64,000 bases of DNA, taken from the NCBI RefSeq assembly GCF_001677475.2, contig NZ_CP015229.1, one strand, 5' to 3'. Positions 20,137 through 30,121 of this stretch are shown in pieces; within the stretch, counting starts at the first letter, position 1, and each line of letters starts with the position of its first letter. The DNA is from Escherichia coli (GTDB lineage: Bacteria; Pseudomonadota; Gammaproteobacteria; Enterobacterales; Enterobacteriaceae). The notes beneath the pieces were generated by a model. That model was not told where the DNA came from. It worked only from the letters and a program-made list of their open reading frames with translations, and did no database searches. The position numbers and the translations under genes are program-made.

Positions 20137-21387
20137 TCAGATGGCGTGGTTTTGCTTCATTGCAGCAATTTCATCGTCGCTATAACCCAGCTCCTGCAAT
20201 ACAGCTGCGGTATGTTCACCTAATAGCGGCGCAGCTTTAATATCCGGCGTAAAGGCAGAGAATTTCATTGGACAACCAACTGTCAGATATTTTCCACGCA
20301 ACGGTTGTTCCACTTCAACAACACTGCCACTTTGGCGCAAAGAGGGATCTAGTGAAATTTCTTTCATACTTAAAACCGGTGCGCAAGGAATATCAAACTG
20401 AGTCAAATAGGCCACCGCTTCATGTTTATCAATAGTGACAGTGTATTTTTCGATTTCAGCAAAAATATCGAAAATATGTGGCTGTCGGGCATGGGCTGTA
20501 CTGTATGCCGGATCGGTAATCCATTCTGGTTTGCCGATGGCTTTACAGGTGTTTTCCCAATTTTGCTCCTGAATAGTGAAATAAATATAGGCGTTAGGAT
20601 CGGTTTCCCAGCCTTTACATTTCAGGATCCAGCCAGGCTGACCACCACCACCCGCATTACCACCGCGGGGAACTGCATCACCAAATGTACCATTCGGATA
20701 CTGCGGGTATTCTTCCAGATAACCCAATTTATCGAGACGCTGCTGGTCGCGTAATTTCACGCGGCAAAGGTTCAACACGGCATCCTGCATTGACATAGTG
20801 ACTCGTTGCCCACGCCCCGTTTTTTCGCGATGCAGCAAGGCAGCAAGTAAACCGATCAGCAAATGCATTCCGGTGTTGCTGTCACCCAACGCTGCAGCGC
20901 TTACCAGCGGCGGACCGTCCCAAAAACCCGTAGTAGATGCCGCGCCACCCGCTGCCTGAGCAACGTTTTCATAGGCTTTTACATTCACATAAGGCGAACA
21001 CTCATCAAACCCTTTGATCGAACCAAAAATCAGACGTGGATTGATTTCTTGAATATGCTCCCAGGTGAAGCCCATATGATCAATGGCCCCTGGATGAAAG
21101 TTCTCGACTAAGATATCAGCTTCGCGGATCAGCTTTTCCATTACCTCTTTGCCTTCCGCTGTTTTGGTATTTAATTCAATAGAACGTTTATTACTGTTAA
21201 GCATGGTGAAGTAAAGCGCATCGATATCAGGAATATCTCGCAGCTGGTGACGCGTTACGTCACCAACGCCGGGACGTTCAATTTTAATGACATCAGCGCC
21301 AAACCAGGCCAGCATCTGAGTACAAGATGGGCCAGATTGCACACCGGTGAAATCGAGAACTTTAATTCCTTGAAGTGGAGTTGACAT
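20137..21387 (-). CDS. frc: Formyl-CoA:oxalate CoA-transferase
   Basis: 416-aa family III CoA-transferase ([20 protein letters not shown]...). Confidence 0.9.
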
Positions 21388-21638
21388 AGCAATACCTATT
21401 AGTTAATTAAATATGTGTTAATTTAGCGTTTATTTAAGGCATAACGCCCTCTATAAATAATCCGCAAAATATCGTCGTAGCTGCACTCGATATTTTTAAA
21501 TTACTGTATCAAGTGCTGAAAATCATTTCATCGCTACTTCCAATTCCTTTCTGCATGGTAAGTAGTGAGGACGAAAAGAAGAATATGATAAATATTGGTT
21601 CGCGGTAATCAGAGAGAACCGCGACATTTGTGATGTTA

Positions 21639-21656
21639 TTCTTACAACTGTAAGAA
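21639..21656. promoter_or_regulatory. Perfect EvgA-box palindrome TTCTTACAACTGTAAGAA upstream of frc
   Basis: 18-bp inverted repeat read directly; matches EvgA consensus TTCYTACA-N2-TGTARGAA. Confidence 0.55.
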
Positions 21657-21899
21657 GCGCCGGTGATTGACAGGTAAGGGTATGATTACGCTTTTTAAAG
21701 CGTACCATAAAACATAACATAATAAATGATTTGTGATGACACGGGATTATTGCGGTTTAATTTGAGGAATATAAAATGCGAGTTTATAGCACCGCGAGCG
21801 CCAAATAATTTTATGACCACAACCTGTCGTATTGTGGTCATAAAAAATTGTCGGCTGGAGGGAGTTAAATCCTTTACCTCGATGTACTGCCTGTCAGCA

Positions 21900-22532
21900 T
21901 TAGTTCACAAACAGTGCTTCACTATCGACGATGATTCCATCTTCCGCACCTTTAAGCGCCAGATTTGCCTCGTAGTATTGCTTTTTATCAAGCAGTTTCT
22001 GCGCATCAGCAAGTGCATTACGAGTCTGTTTAAGCGGCATCAGATATTGGTTTTCCATTACGCCAACACCGGCCAGGCGAAGCTCTTCCATTGCGCCCTT
22101 TTTATCCCCTTTCGCCATTTTTTCATTGGCAATTTTTATCGCGGCTTCTTTTTCGGGTGTCGCTACATAACTCTCAGAAATTCCGACAGATGCATTAATG
22201 ACAATATATTGGTCATCATTGAGATTGGTCTTTTTACCTGGCTTAGCGAACTTTGCCCATTCGGTACTGTCATCTGACAACAAAGCGGAAGCTTCATTGG
22301 TCAGTTCTTTTGCCTTTTCTGGATCGCCATGAAACAGAGCCAGGCGCGCTACCTGCACGTCACGCATCGCATATAAACCTTGTTCAGAGATACGCTCTGC
22401 TGCTGCCGTTTTCTGGGTTTGCTGAACTTGCTGAGCTTGCTGTTGTGCCGCTACCGGTGCATTATCAGCAGCCCATACAGTTGAAGATGCCAGAATTGCT
22501 GTGACCATCGTAGCCATAATTAAACGTTTCAT
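21900..22532 (-). CDS. yfdX: Periplasmic protein YfdX (EvgA regulon, function unclear)
   Basis: 210-aa ORF with signal peptide [21 protein letters not shown] and Q-rich/helical body. Confidence 0.85.
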   Translation of the reverse strand: MKRLIMATMVTAILASSTVWAADNAPVAAQQQAQQVQQTQKTAAAERISEQGLYAMRDVQVARLALFHGDPEKAKELTNEASALLSDDSTEWAKFAKPGKKTNLNDDQYIVINASVGISESYVATPEKEAAIKIANEKMAKGDKKGAMEELRLAGVGVMENQYLMPLKQTRNALADAQKLLDKKQYYEANLALKGAEDGIIVDSEALFVN

Positions 22533-22627
22533 ACTTACCTCATTCTTTAACAGTTTTAGAAAACGCCGCCATCATATTGGGTGAGCATGAAATGAGAAAT
22601 CAGAGAGCAACGGTCATTTTGAAAGGG

Positions 22628-22685
22628 TTATCTTACAGTTGTAGTTATTATCGCAAGAAGTATTTTAGTCTTACAATTGTAGGAA
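22628..22685. promoter_or_regulatory. Two EvgA-box-like inverted repeats (TTATCTTACAGTTGTAGTTA and GTCTTACAATTGTAGGAA) in yfdX-ypdI divergent promoter region
   Basis: Both match TTCYTACA-N2-TGTARGAA with 1-3 mismatches; about 100-150 bp upstream of yfdX start. Confidence 0.5.
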
Positions 22686-22827
22686 TATGCTTCCTGTCAC
22701 AGAGAACTATTCTTATGTACCACAAAGAGATGTAATTTATTATATCGATGTAAATATTGATTAATTATATGTAAATACAGCCATAACATCGTACATTCTC
22801 AGTGAACCATTTTCAGGATAACTTTCT

Positions 22828-23103
22828 ATGAAAGTAAACTTAATGCTTTTTAGCTTATTTTTATTGGTCTCTATTATGGCATGCAATGTTTTTGCATTTT
22901 CCATTTCTGGTGGTGGAAGTGAGAGGAGCTATAAAGAGACTGAAAAAACATCAGCGATGACGACAACTCACTCTACAAAATTTCAGCCATCACAGGCGAT
23001 TTTGTTAAAAATGAGAGAAGATGCGCCACCATTAAACCTCACAGAAGAAATCACGCCCACTTATCCGACAAAGGCGAGTTATCTTATTCATCCTTTGCGA
23101 TAG
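22828..23103 (+). CDS. ypdI: Small putative lipoprotein
   Basis: 91-aa ORF; N-terminal signal with Cys (LVSIMACNVFA). Confidence 0.7.
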   Translation: MKVNLMLFSLFLLVSIMACNVFAFSISGGGSERSYKETEKTSAMTTTHSTKFQPSQAILLKMREDAPPLNLTEEITPTYPTKASYLIHPLR

Positions 23104-23179
23104 CGTCTGTCACATGGCAGGTGAACAATCATGTCTGATGCTGATGTGAACACCTGCCCAAATGAGCCATCCTGACCCA

Positions 23180-23422
23180 CTATCGCCTGCCATACCCCAC
23201 CATAAAGCGAATCATCAAGCCACAAGCCGGGGCAAGAAACATAAATATCCCCGTCACCAGTTCATTACCGCCAGTTAACCACATGGTGAAGTAATAAATG
23301 AGTGCAGCGAGGATCACCATGCCGAAGAAAGAAGAGACCGCCGATACCACGTTCAGTACCTGACCGATGTAGCCGCTGACGCAGACAATACACAGGGCGA
23401 GAAACATCCATAAATAAATCAT
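23180..23422 (-). CDS. yfdY: Small inner-membrane protein (DUF2545-like)
   Basis: 80-aa ORF with two hydrophobic helices. Confidence 0.7.
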   Translation of the reverse strand: MIYLWMFLALCIVCVSGYIGQVLNVVSAVSSFFGMVILAALIYYFTMWLTGGNELVTGIFMFLAPACGLMIRFMVGYGRR

Positions 23423-23774
23423 AGCTCAACCTCCTGCCGCGCTAAAAAACCTGTAACTTCAGTCACTTTAATAGTAAGACAATCCTTAACCTCTGGCAAT
23501 TTTTGCTAAGCATCAATGAAAACAATATGTTAAATGCAAGACTGTTATGCACGGAAAAATATTTACTTTGCACGATTAATAATCAGTAGCTGAAAGCAGT
23601 CAGCGAGTGATAAAGTACAAATACCGCATTCATGCTCCTCGTGGTTATGTCCTGACTAGTCTTTACACTCTTTACAGGAACCATTGTCGTACATGATGGC
23701 CTAATCAATTGAGTGTACCGCTGTCGACATGGAATCTTCTGCGATACAACAATTCGTATCTACAGAAGGTAACT

Positions 23775-24695
23775 ATGTTTCCACAATGCAAATTTTCCCG
23801 CGAGTTTCTGCATCCTCGCTACTGGCTCACATGGTTTGGGCTTGGTGTACTCTGGCTTTGGGTACAGCTTCCTTATCCTGTTCTCTGCTTTCTCGGCACG
23901 CGTATTGGCACAATGGCGCGACCATTCCTGAAACGTCGTGAATCTATCGCCCGTAAAAACCTGGAACTTTGTTTCCCGCAGCATTCTGCTGAAGAGCGCG
24001 AGAAGATGATTGCCGAAAACTTTCGTTCACTCGGCATGGCGCTGGTAGAAACCGGCATGGCATGGTTCTGGCCCGACAGTCGCGTACGTAAATGGTTTGA
24101 TGTTGAAGGGATGGATAACCTTAAACGCGCACAAATGCAAAATCGCGGCGTAATGGTTGTCGGCGTCCATTTTATGTCGCTGGAACTGGGCGGTCGCGTG
24201 ATGGGACTTTGCCAACCAATGATGGCCACCTATCGTCCCCATAATAATCAGCTGATGGAATGGGTGCAGACCCGTGGTCGCATGCGCTCTAACAAAGCGA
24301 TGATCGGCAGAAATAATCTGCGCGGCATTGTCAGTGCACTGAAGAAAGGTGAAGCGGTATGGTTTGCTCCCGATCAGGATTATGGTCGTAAAGGCAGCTC
24401 CTTCGCGCCGTTCTTTGCGGTGGAAAATGTCGCCACAACCAATGGCACCTATGTCCTCTCTCGTCTCTCTGGCGCAGCCATGTTGACCGTAACGATGGTA
24501 AGAAAAGCGGATTATAGCGGATATCGTTTGTACATCACCCCAGAGATGGAAGGCTACCCGGCAGATGAAAATCAAGCCGCTGCCTATATGAACAAGATTA
24601 TCGAGAAAGAGATCATGCGCGCACCGGAGCAGTACCTCTGGATCCACCGTCGCTTTAAAACGCGCCCGGTGGGAGAATCGTCGTTATACATTTAA
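23775..24695 (+). CDS. lpxP: Lipid A biosynthesis palmitoleoyl acyltransferase (cold-induced LpxL paralog)
   Basis: Late acyltransferase family; ORF in track starts upstream (23709), start placed at MFPQCKFSREFLHPRYWL giving about 306 aa. Confidence 0.85.
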   Translation: MFPQCKFSREFLHPRYWLTWFGLGVLWLWVQLPYPVLCFLGTRIGTMARPFLKRRESIARKNLELCFPQHSAEEREKMIAENFRSLGMALVETGMAWFWPDSRVRKWFDVEGMDNLKRAQMQNRGVMVVGVHFMSLELGGRVMGLCQPMMATYRPHNNQLMEWVQTRGRMRSNKAMIGRNNLRGIVSALKKGEAVWFAPDQDYGRKGSSFAPFFAVENVATTNGTYVLSRLSGAAMLTVTMVRKADYSGYRLYITPEMEGYPADENQAAAYMNKIIEKEIMRAPEQYLWIHRRFKTRPVGESSLYI

Positions 24696-25050
24696 CAAAC
24701 TGCTCTCACTCTTTCCCTCCTCAAATCAGCCATAATAACCTCATGGTTTTTATGGCTTTTTTCTTAAGGTTTTTTCCTTCGCTGAATATCTAATTATTAC
24801 CGTCAGAAATTAAACTGTCGCCGATATGAGACACCTGTAAGTTACTAAAAGTAAATAAGAAAATGCCTCTTGTCTCGTTTCAGTTTTAGGCGTACATTAG
24901 CGCCGTCTCGAGCAGTTTAGCTCAGAATTCTGGGGTGATGCCCACGGTAAAATACAGGACTTTTAAGGTCGTATTGCCCGGTGTCAACTCACTGTATCAG
25001 GTGTGATGAAGTCATTCAGGCGTAACAGTAATTACGCGGAGAGATGTAAA

Positions 25051-25122
25051 GTGAAATATTTCTTTATGGGCATTTCTTTTATGGTCATCGTTTGGGCCGG
25101 TACTTTTGCCCTGATGATCTAA
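25051..25122 (+). CDS. ypdK: Small (23-aa) hydrophobic membrane protein
   Basis: GTG-initiated ORF VKYFFMGISFMVIVWAGTFALMI; matches the known small protein between lpxP and alaC; below the 60-aa ORF-track cut-off. Confidence 0.6.
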   Translation: MKYFFMGISFMVIVWAGTFALMI

Positions 25123-25141
25123 AAGCAAACTGTGCAATGAA

Positions 25142-25167
25142 AAACAGGAGCCATCAGGCTCCTGTTT
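25142..25167. terminator. Bidirectional intrinsic terminator hairpin (CAGGAGCC-ATCA-GGCTCCTG) between ypdK and convergent alaC
   Basis: 8-bp perfect stem flanked by A-run upstream and T-run downstream. Confidence 0.6.
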
Positions 25168-25187
25168 GCATTTCTGACGACGGTTTT

Positions 25188-26426
25188 TTATTCCGCGTTT
25201 TCGTGAATATGTTTGCTGCTGGCTGGAAGTAAACCGTCGGCACGGAACATCGCTTTAATCCCACGAATCGCCTGACGAATACGGTCGCGGTTTTCTATCA
25301 GAGCAAAGCGCACATGCGTGTCGCCGTAGTCGCCAAAGCCAATCCCTGGAGAGACACAGACCTTCGCTTCGTTAAGCAATTTCTTGGCAAATTCCAGCGA
25401 GCCCATGGCAGCATACGGTTCCGGGATTTTCGCCCAGACATACATCGAAGCCTTCGGCATTTCGACCATCCAGCCCGCTTCATGCAGCCCTTTAACCAGT
25501 ACATCACGGCGGCGTTTGTACTGTTCGGCAATGTCGCGCACGCACTGTTGATCGCCCTCCAGCGCCGCAATTGCCGCCACCTGCAACGGCGTAAAGGTAC
25601 CGTAATCGTGATAGCTTTTGATGCGCGCCAGGGCGCTGACCAGCGTTTTGTTGCCAACCATAAAGCCAATACGCCAGCCTGCCATGTTGTAGCTTTTCGA
25701 CAGCGTAAAGAACTCGACTGCCACATCGCGTGCACCTGGTACCTGCATGATTGACGGCGCTTTCCAGCCATCGTAGACGATATCGGCATAGGCCAGGTCG
25801 TGGACCACCAGCACATCGTAGCGTTTCGCCAGCGCCACAACCTTCTCAAAGAATTCCAGTTCCACGCATTGCGCGGTTGGGTTTGACGGGAAGCCGAGGA
25901 TCATCATCTTCGGTTTCGGATAACTTTCACGAATGGCGCGCTCCAGTTCATTGAAGAAATCGACACCTTCCACCAGCGGCACTGAGCGTACCTGCGCCCC
26001 GGCAATCACCGCGCCGTAAATATGAATGGGGTAGCTTGGATTCGGCACCAGCACTGTGTCACCATGATCCAGCGTCGCCAGCATCAGGTGCGCCAGCCCC
26101 TCTTTCGAACCAATAGTGACGATGGCTTCTGATTCCGGGTCGATCTCAACGTCGTAGCGATCCTGATACCAGCGGGAAATGGCGCGACGTAACCGCGGAA
26201 TGCCGCGTGAAGTGGAGTAACCATGCGTGTCCGGGCGCTGGGCCACCGTACATAATTTTTCGACGATATGCGGTGGAGTCGCACCGTCCGGGTTACCCAT
26301 ACTGAAATCGATAATATCTTCGCCGCGCCGACGCGCAGCCATTTTCAGTTCAGCGGTAATGTTAAAAACGTAGGGCGGGAGACGATCAATACGCGTAAAG
26401 CGACGTTCAGGGCGAGTGTCAGCCAT
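25188..26426 (-). CDS. alaC: Glutamate-pyruvate aminotransferase (class I PLP aminotransferase)
   Basis: 412-aa ORF with class-I aminotransferase motifs ([10 protein letters not shown]). Confidence 0.9.
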   Translation of the reverse strand: MADTRPERRFTRIDRLPPYVFNITAELKMAARRRGEDIIDFSMGNPDGATPPHIVEKLCTVAQRPDTHGYSTSRGIPRLRRAISRWYQDRYDVEIDPESEAIVTIGSKEGLAHLMLATLDHGDTVLVPNPSYPIHIYGAVIAGAQVRSVPLVEGVDFFNELERAIRESYPKPKMMILGFPSNPTAQCVELEFFEKVVALAKRYDVLVVHDLAYADIVYDGWKAPSIMQVPGARDVAVEFFTLSKSYNMAGWRIGFMVGNKTLVSALARIKSYHDYGTFTPLQVAAIAALEGDQQCVRDIAEQYKRRRDVLVKGLHEAGWMVEMPKASMYVWAKIPEPYAAMGSLEFAKKLLNEAKVCVSPGIGFGDYGDTHVRFALIENRDRIRQAIRGIKAMFRADGLLPASSKHIHENAE

Positions 26427-26802
26427 AATTTCCTCAGATAAACGTTAGCGCCCGGACCGTCCGAGCGACGCTGCCACGATGGTGGCTGTTTTGAAAATAG
26501 CCTGATTAATTTCTGTCTGTCCAGCGTTTTAGAACATTTTTGTTAATGGCTTTAAATGAGGAACACTGCTTTAAAAACAGGAAATTTATCTACGCTAACA
26601 AGAAAATTACCACTCATTTTATTAACATTATAACTTCAATAAATTTACCAACCAGAAGTGCATTATCAAGAGATGCATTGCAAATACACCATTTATCTTT
26701 CAATCCCCTTTTAAAATTGTGGTTTTTCCTCAAAAACGGCCTGCTGGTCATCAGCCTTCAGGTTACCTATCATAGAGGTTTAATCCTTATTCAGAGTCAC
26801 CC

Positions 26803-28500
26803 GTGCACGAAATATTCAACATGCTGCTGGCGGTCTTCGATCGGGCAGCGTTAATGCTTATCTGCCTGTTCTTTCTCATCCGTATCCGCCTGTTTCGCGA
26901 GCTGTTGCACAAGTCGGCGCACTCCCCAAAAGAGTTGCTCGCCGTTACCGCCATTTTCTCGCTGTTCGCCCTGTTCAGCACCTGGTCCGGCGTTCCTGTA
27001 GAAGGCTCGCTGGTGAACGTACGTATTATCGCGGTGATGTCCGGCGGGATTCTGTTTGGCCCGTGGGTAGGCATCATTACCGGCGTGATTGCGGGTATTC
27101 ACCGGTATTTAATTGATATCGGCGGCGTGACGGCGATCCCCTGCTTTATCACCAGCATTCTGGCGGGTTGTATATCGGGCTGGATCAACCTGAAAATCCC
27201 CAAAGCACAGCGCTGGCGCGTCGGTATTCTCGGCGGCATGTTGTGTGAAACGTTGACCATGATTCTGGTGATTGTCTGGGCACCAACCACCGCGTTGGGG
27301 ATCGATATCGTCTCTAAAATCGGCATTCCGATGATCCTCGGCAGCGTCTGTATCGGCTTTATTGTGTTGCTGGTACAAAGCGTTGAGGGCGAAAAAGAGG
27401 CCAGCGCCGCGCGGCAGGCCAAGCTGGCGCTGGATATCGCCAACAAAACGCTGCCGCTGTTTCGCCATGTCAATAGCGAGTCATTACGCAAGGTCTGCGA
27501 AATTATCCGCGATGACATTCACGCCGATGCGGTGGCGATTACTAATACCGATCATGTGCTGGCCTACGTTGGCGTGGGTGAACATAACTATCAGAATGGC
27601 GATGACTTCATTAGCCCAACTACCCGTCAGGCGATGAATTACGGAAAAATCATCATTAAAAACAATGATGAAGCCCACCGCACACCAGAGATTCATTCCA
27701 TGCTGGTGATCCCATTGTGGGAGAAAGGCGTTGTGACCGGAACGCTGAAAATTTACTACTGCCACGCGCATCAGATCACTTCGTCATTACAGGAAATGGC
27801 GGTCGGTCTGTCGCAAATCATCTCCACGCAACTGGAAGTTTCACGCGCCGAGCAGCTACGTGAAATGGCAAATAAGGCAGAGCTTCGCGCCCTGCAAAGC
27901 AAAATTAATCCTCATTTTCTGTTTAACGCTCTGAACGCTATTTCATCGTCGATCCGTCTGAATCCGGATACCGCTCGCCAGCTGATCTTTAATCTGTCGC
28001 GTTATCTGCGCTATAACATTGAATTAAAAGACGATGAGCAAATCGATATCAAAAAAGAGCTGTATCAAATTAAAGACTATATTGCCATTGAGCAGGCCCG
28101 CTTTGGCGACAAGCTGACGGTTATCTATGATATTGATGAAGAGGTGAATTGCTGCATTCCCAGCCTGCTGATCCAGCCGTTGGTGGAGAACGCCATTGTC
28201 CACGGTATTCAGCCTTGCAAAGGTAAAGGCGTTGTCACCATCAGCGTTGCAGAGTGCGGTAATCGGGTACGCATTGCGGTGCGAGATACCGGGCACGGCA
28301 TCGATCCAAAGGTGATTGAGCGGGTCGAAGCGAATGAAATGCCGGGCAATAAAATTGGCTTGCTGAATGTCCATCATCGCGTGAAGTTATTGTATGGCGA
28401 GGGGCTGCATATCCGCCGCCTGGAGCCAGGGACGGAAATTGCGTTTTACATTCCTAACCAACGCACCCCAGTCGCCTCACAGGCTACGTTATTGCTTTGA
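26803..28500 (+). CDS. ypdA: LytS-type sensor histidine kinase (5TM-Lyt, GAF, His_kinase, HATPase)
   Basis: 565-aa ORF; N-terminal multi-TM domain, central GAF-like region, H-box [10 protein letters not shown]. Confidence 0.85.
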
Positions 28501-28514
28501 GCCGGAGTGATATT

Positions 28515-29249
28515 GTGAAAGTCATCATTGTTGAAGACGAATTCCTGGCACAACAGGAACTGAGCTGGCTAATTAAAGAGCACAGCCAGATGGAGATTGT
28601 CGGCACCTTTGACGACGGTCTGGACGTGTTGAAGTTTTTGCAGCATAACCGCGTCGACGCCATTTTTCTGGATATCAATATTCCGTCGCTGGATGGCGTG
28701 TTGCTGGCGCAAAACATCAGCCAGTTCGCCCATAAACCATTTATTGTGTTCATCACTGCGTGGAAAGAACATGCGGTAGAAGCGTTTGAACTGGAGGCGT
28801 TTGACTACATTCTCAAACCGTATCAGGAGTCACGCATTACCGCGATGCTGCAAAAACTGGAAGCGGCCTGGCAACAACAGCAGACCAGCAGTACGCCTGC
28901 CGCGACGGTAACGCGTGAGAATGACACCATTAATCTGGTGAAAGATGAGCGAATAATCGTCACGCCAATTAACGATATCTATTACGCCGAAGCGCACGAG
29001 AAAATGACCTTTGTTTATACGCGGCGTGAATCCTACGTAATGCCGATGAACATTACCGAATTTTGCAGCAAACTGCCGCCGTCGCATTTTTTCCGCTGCC
29101 ATCGCTCATTTTGTGTCAATCTGAACAAAATCCGCGAGATCGAACCATGGTTTAATAACACCTACATTCTGCGACTGAAAGATCTGGATTTTGAAGTGCC
29201 GGTCAGCCGCAGCAAAGTGAAAGAATTTCGCCAGTTAATGCATCTTTAA
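28515..29249 (+). CDS. ypdB: LytTR-family response regulator
   Basis: Receiver domain plus C-terminal LytTR DNA-binding domain; GTG start at 28515 chosen (track ORF starts 28497, overlapping ypdA stop). Confidence 0.8.
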   Translation: MKVIIVEDEFLAQQELSWLIKEHSQMEIVGTFDDGLDVLKFLQHNRVDAIFLDINIPSLDGVLLAQNISQFAHKPFIVFITAWKEHAVEAFELEAFDYILKPYQESRITAMLQKLEAAWQQQQTSSTPAATVTRENDTINLVKDERIIVTPINDIYYAEAHEKMTFVYTRRESYVMPMNITEFCSKLPPSHFFRCHRSFCVNLNKIREIEPWFNNTYILRLKDLDFEVPVSRSKVKEFRQLMHL

Positions 29250-29261
29250 TCGGGAACTTTC

Positions 29262-30119
29262 ATGAAAGCACCAGGCTTGCCCGCCGATCAACAATTTTTC
29301 GCCGATCTGTTCAGCGGCCTGGTGCTTAACCCGCAACTACTGGGGCGCGTCTGGTTTGCCAGCCAGCCTGCCTCGTTGCCGGTGGGCAGTTTATGTATTG
29401 ATTATCCCCGTCTGGATATCGTGCTGCGCGGCGAATACGGCAATCTGCTGGAAGCAAAGCAGCAACGTTTGGTGGAAGGAGAAATGCTGTTTATTCCGGC
29501 GCGCGCGGCTAATTTACCGGTCAACAACAAACCGGTGATGCTCTTAAGCCTGGTGTTCGCACCGACCTGGCTTGGGTTATCGTTTTACGATAGCCGCACC
29601 ACGTCGTTGTTGCACCCTGCTCGCCAGATCCAGCTTCCCAGCATGCAACGCGGTGAAGGTGAAGCGATGCTTACCGCCCTCACCCATCTTAGCCGTTCGC
29701 CGCTGGAGCAAAATATCATTCAGCCGCTGGTGTTAAGTTTGCTGCATCTTTGCCGTAACGTGGTGAATATGCCGCCGGGCAATTCGCAGCCGCGCGGCGA
29801 TTTTCTCTATCACAGCATTTGTAACTGGGTTCAGGATAATTATGCCCAGCCGCTCACCCGCGAGAGCGTGGCGCAGTTTTTTAATATCACGCCCAATCAT
29901 CTGTCAAAACTGTTTGCTCAGCATGGAACGATGCGTTTTATCGAATATGTGCGTTGGGTGCGAATGGCGAAGGCGAGGATGATTTTGCAGAAATATCATC
30001 TGTCGATTCATGAAGTGGCGCAGCGTTGCGGCTTTCCGGATAGCGACTATTTTTGTCGCGTCTTCCGGCGTCAGTTTGGCCTGACGCCGGGAGAGTACAG
30101 CGCCCGTTTTCAGGGCTAA
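29262..30119 (+). CDS. ypdC: AraC/XylS-family transcriptional regulator
   Basis: 285-aa ORF with C-terminal AraC-type double HTH (HLSKLF...FPDSDYFCRVFRRQFGLTPGEY). Confidence 0.8.
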   Translation: MKAPGLPADQQFFADLFSGLVLNPQLLGRVWFASQPASLPVGSLCIDYPRLDIVLRGEYGNLLEAKQQRLVEGEMLFIPARAANLPVNNKPVMLLSLVFAPTWLGLSFYDSRTTSLLHPARQIQLPSMQRGEGEAMLTALTHLSRSPLEQNIIQPLVLSLLHLCRNVVNMPPGNSQPRGDFLYHSICNWVQDNYAQPLTRESVAQFFNITPNHLSKLFAQHGTMRFIEYVRWVRMAKARMILQKYHLSIHEVAQRCGFPDSDYFCRVFRRQFGLTPGEYSARFQG

Positions 30120-30121
30120 CA

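Noticed and set aside
21810-21842. Inverted repeat TTATGACCACAA...TTGTGGTCATAA downstream of yfdX, considered as an operator or terminator
   Set aside because: Good 12-bp stem, but no convincing T-run on the yfdX (minus) strand. It may be a weak terminator or processing site between yfdX and frc, but the sequence alone does not support a confident call.
21726-22277. 183-aa plus-strand ORF
   Set aside because: Antisense to yfdX, which has a clear signal peptide and a known product; no ribosome-binding site context; likely a chance open frame.
25298-25954. Arg/Trp-rich ORFs (183, 146, 67 aa) inside alaC
   Set aside because: Alternative frames of the alaC aminotransferase gene; the composition is typical of out-of-frame translation of GC-rich coding DNA.
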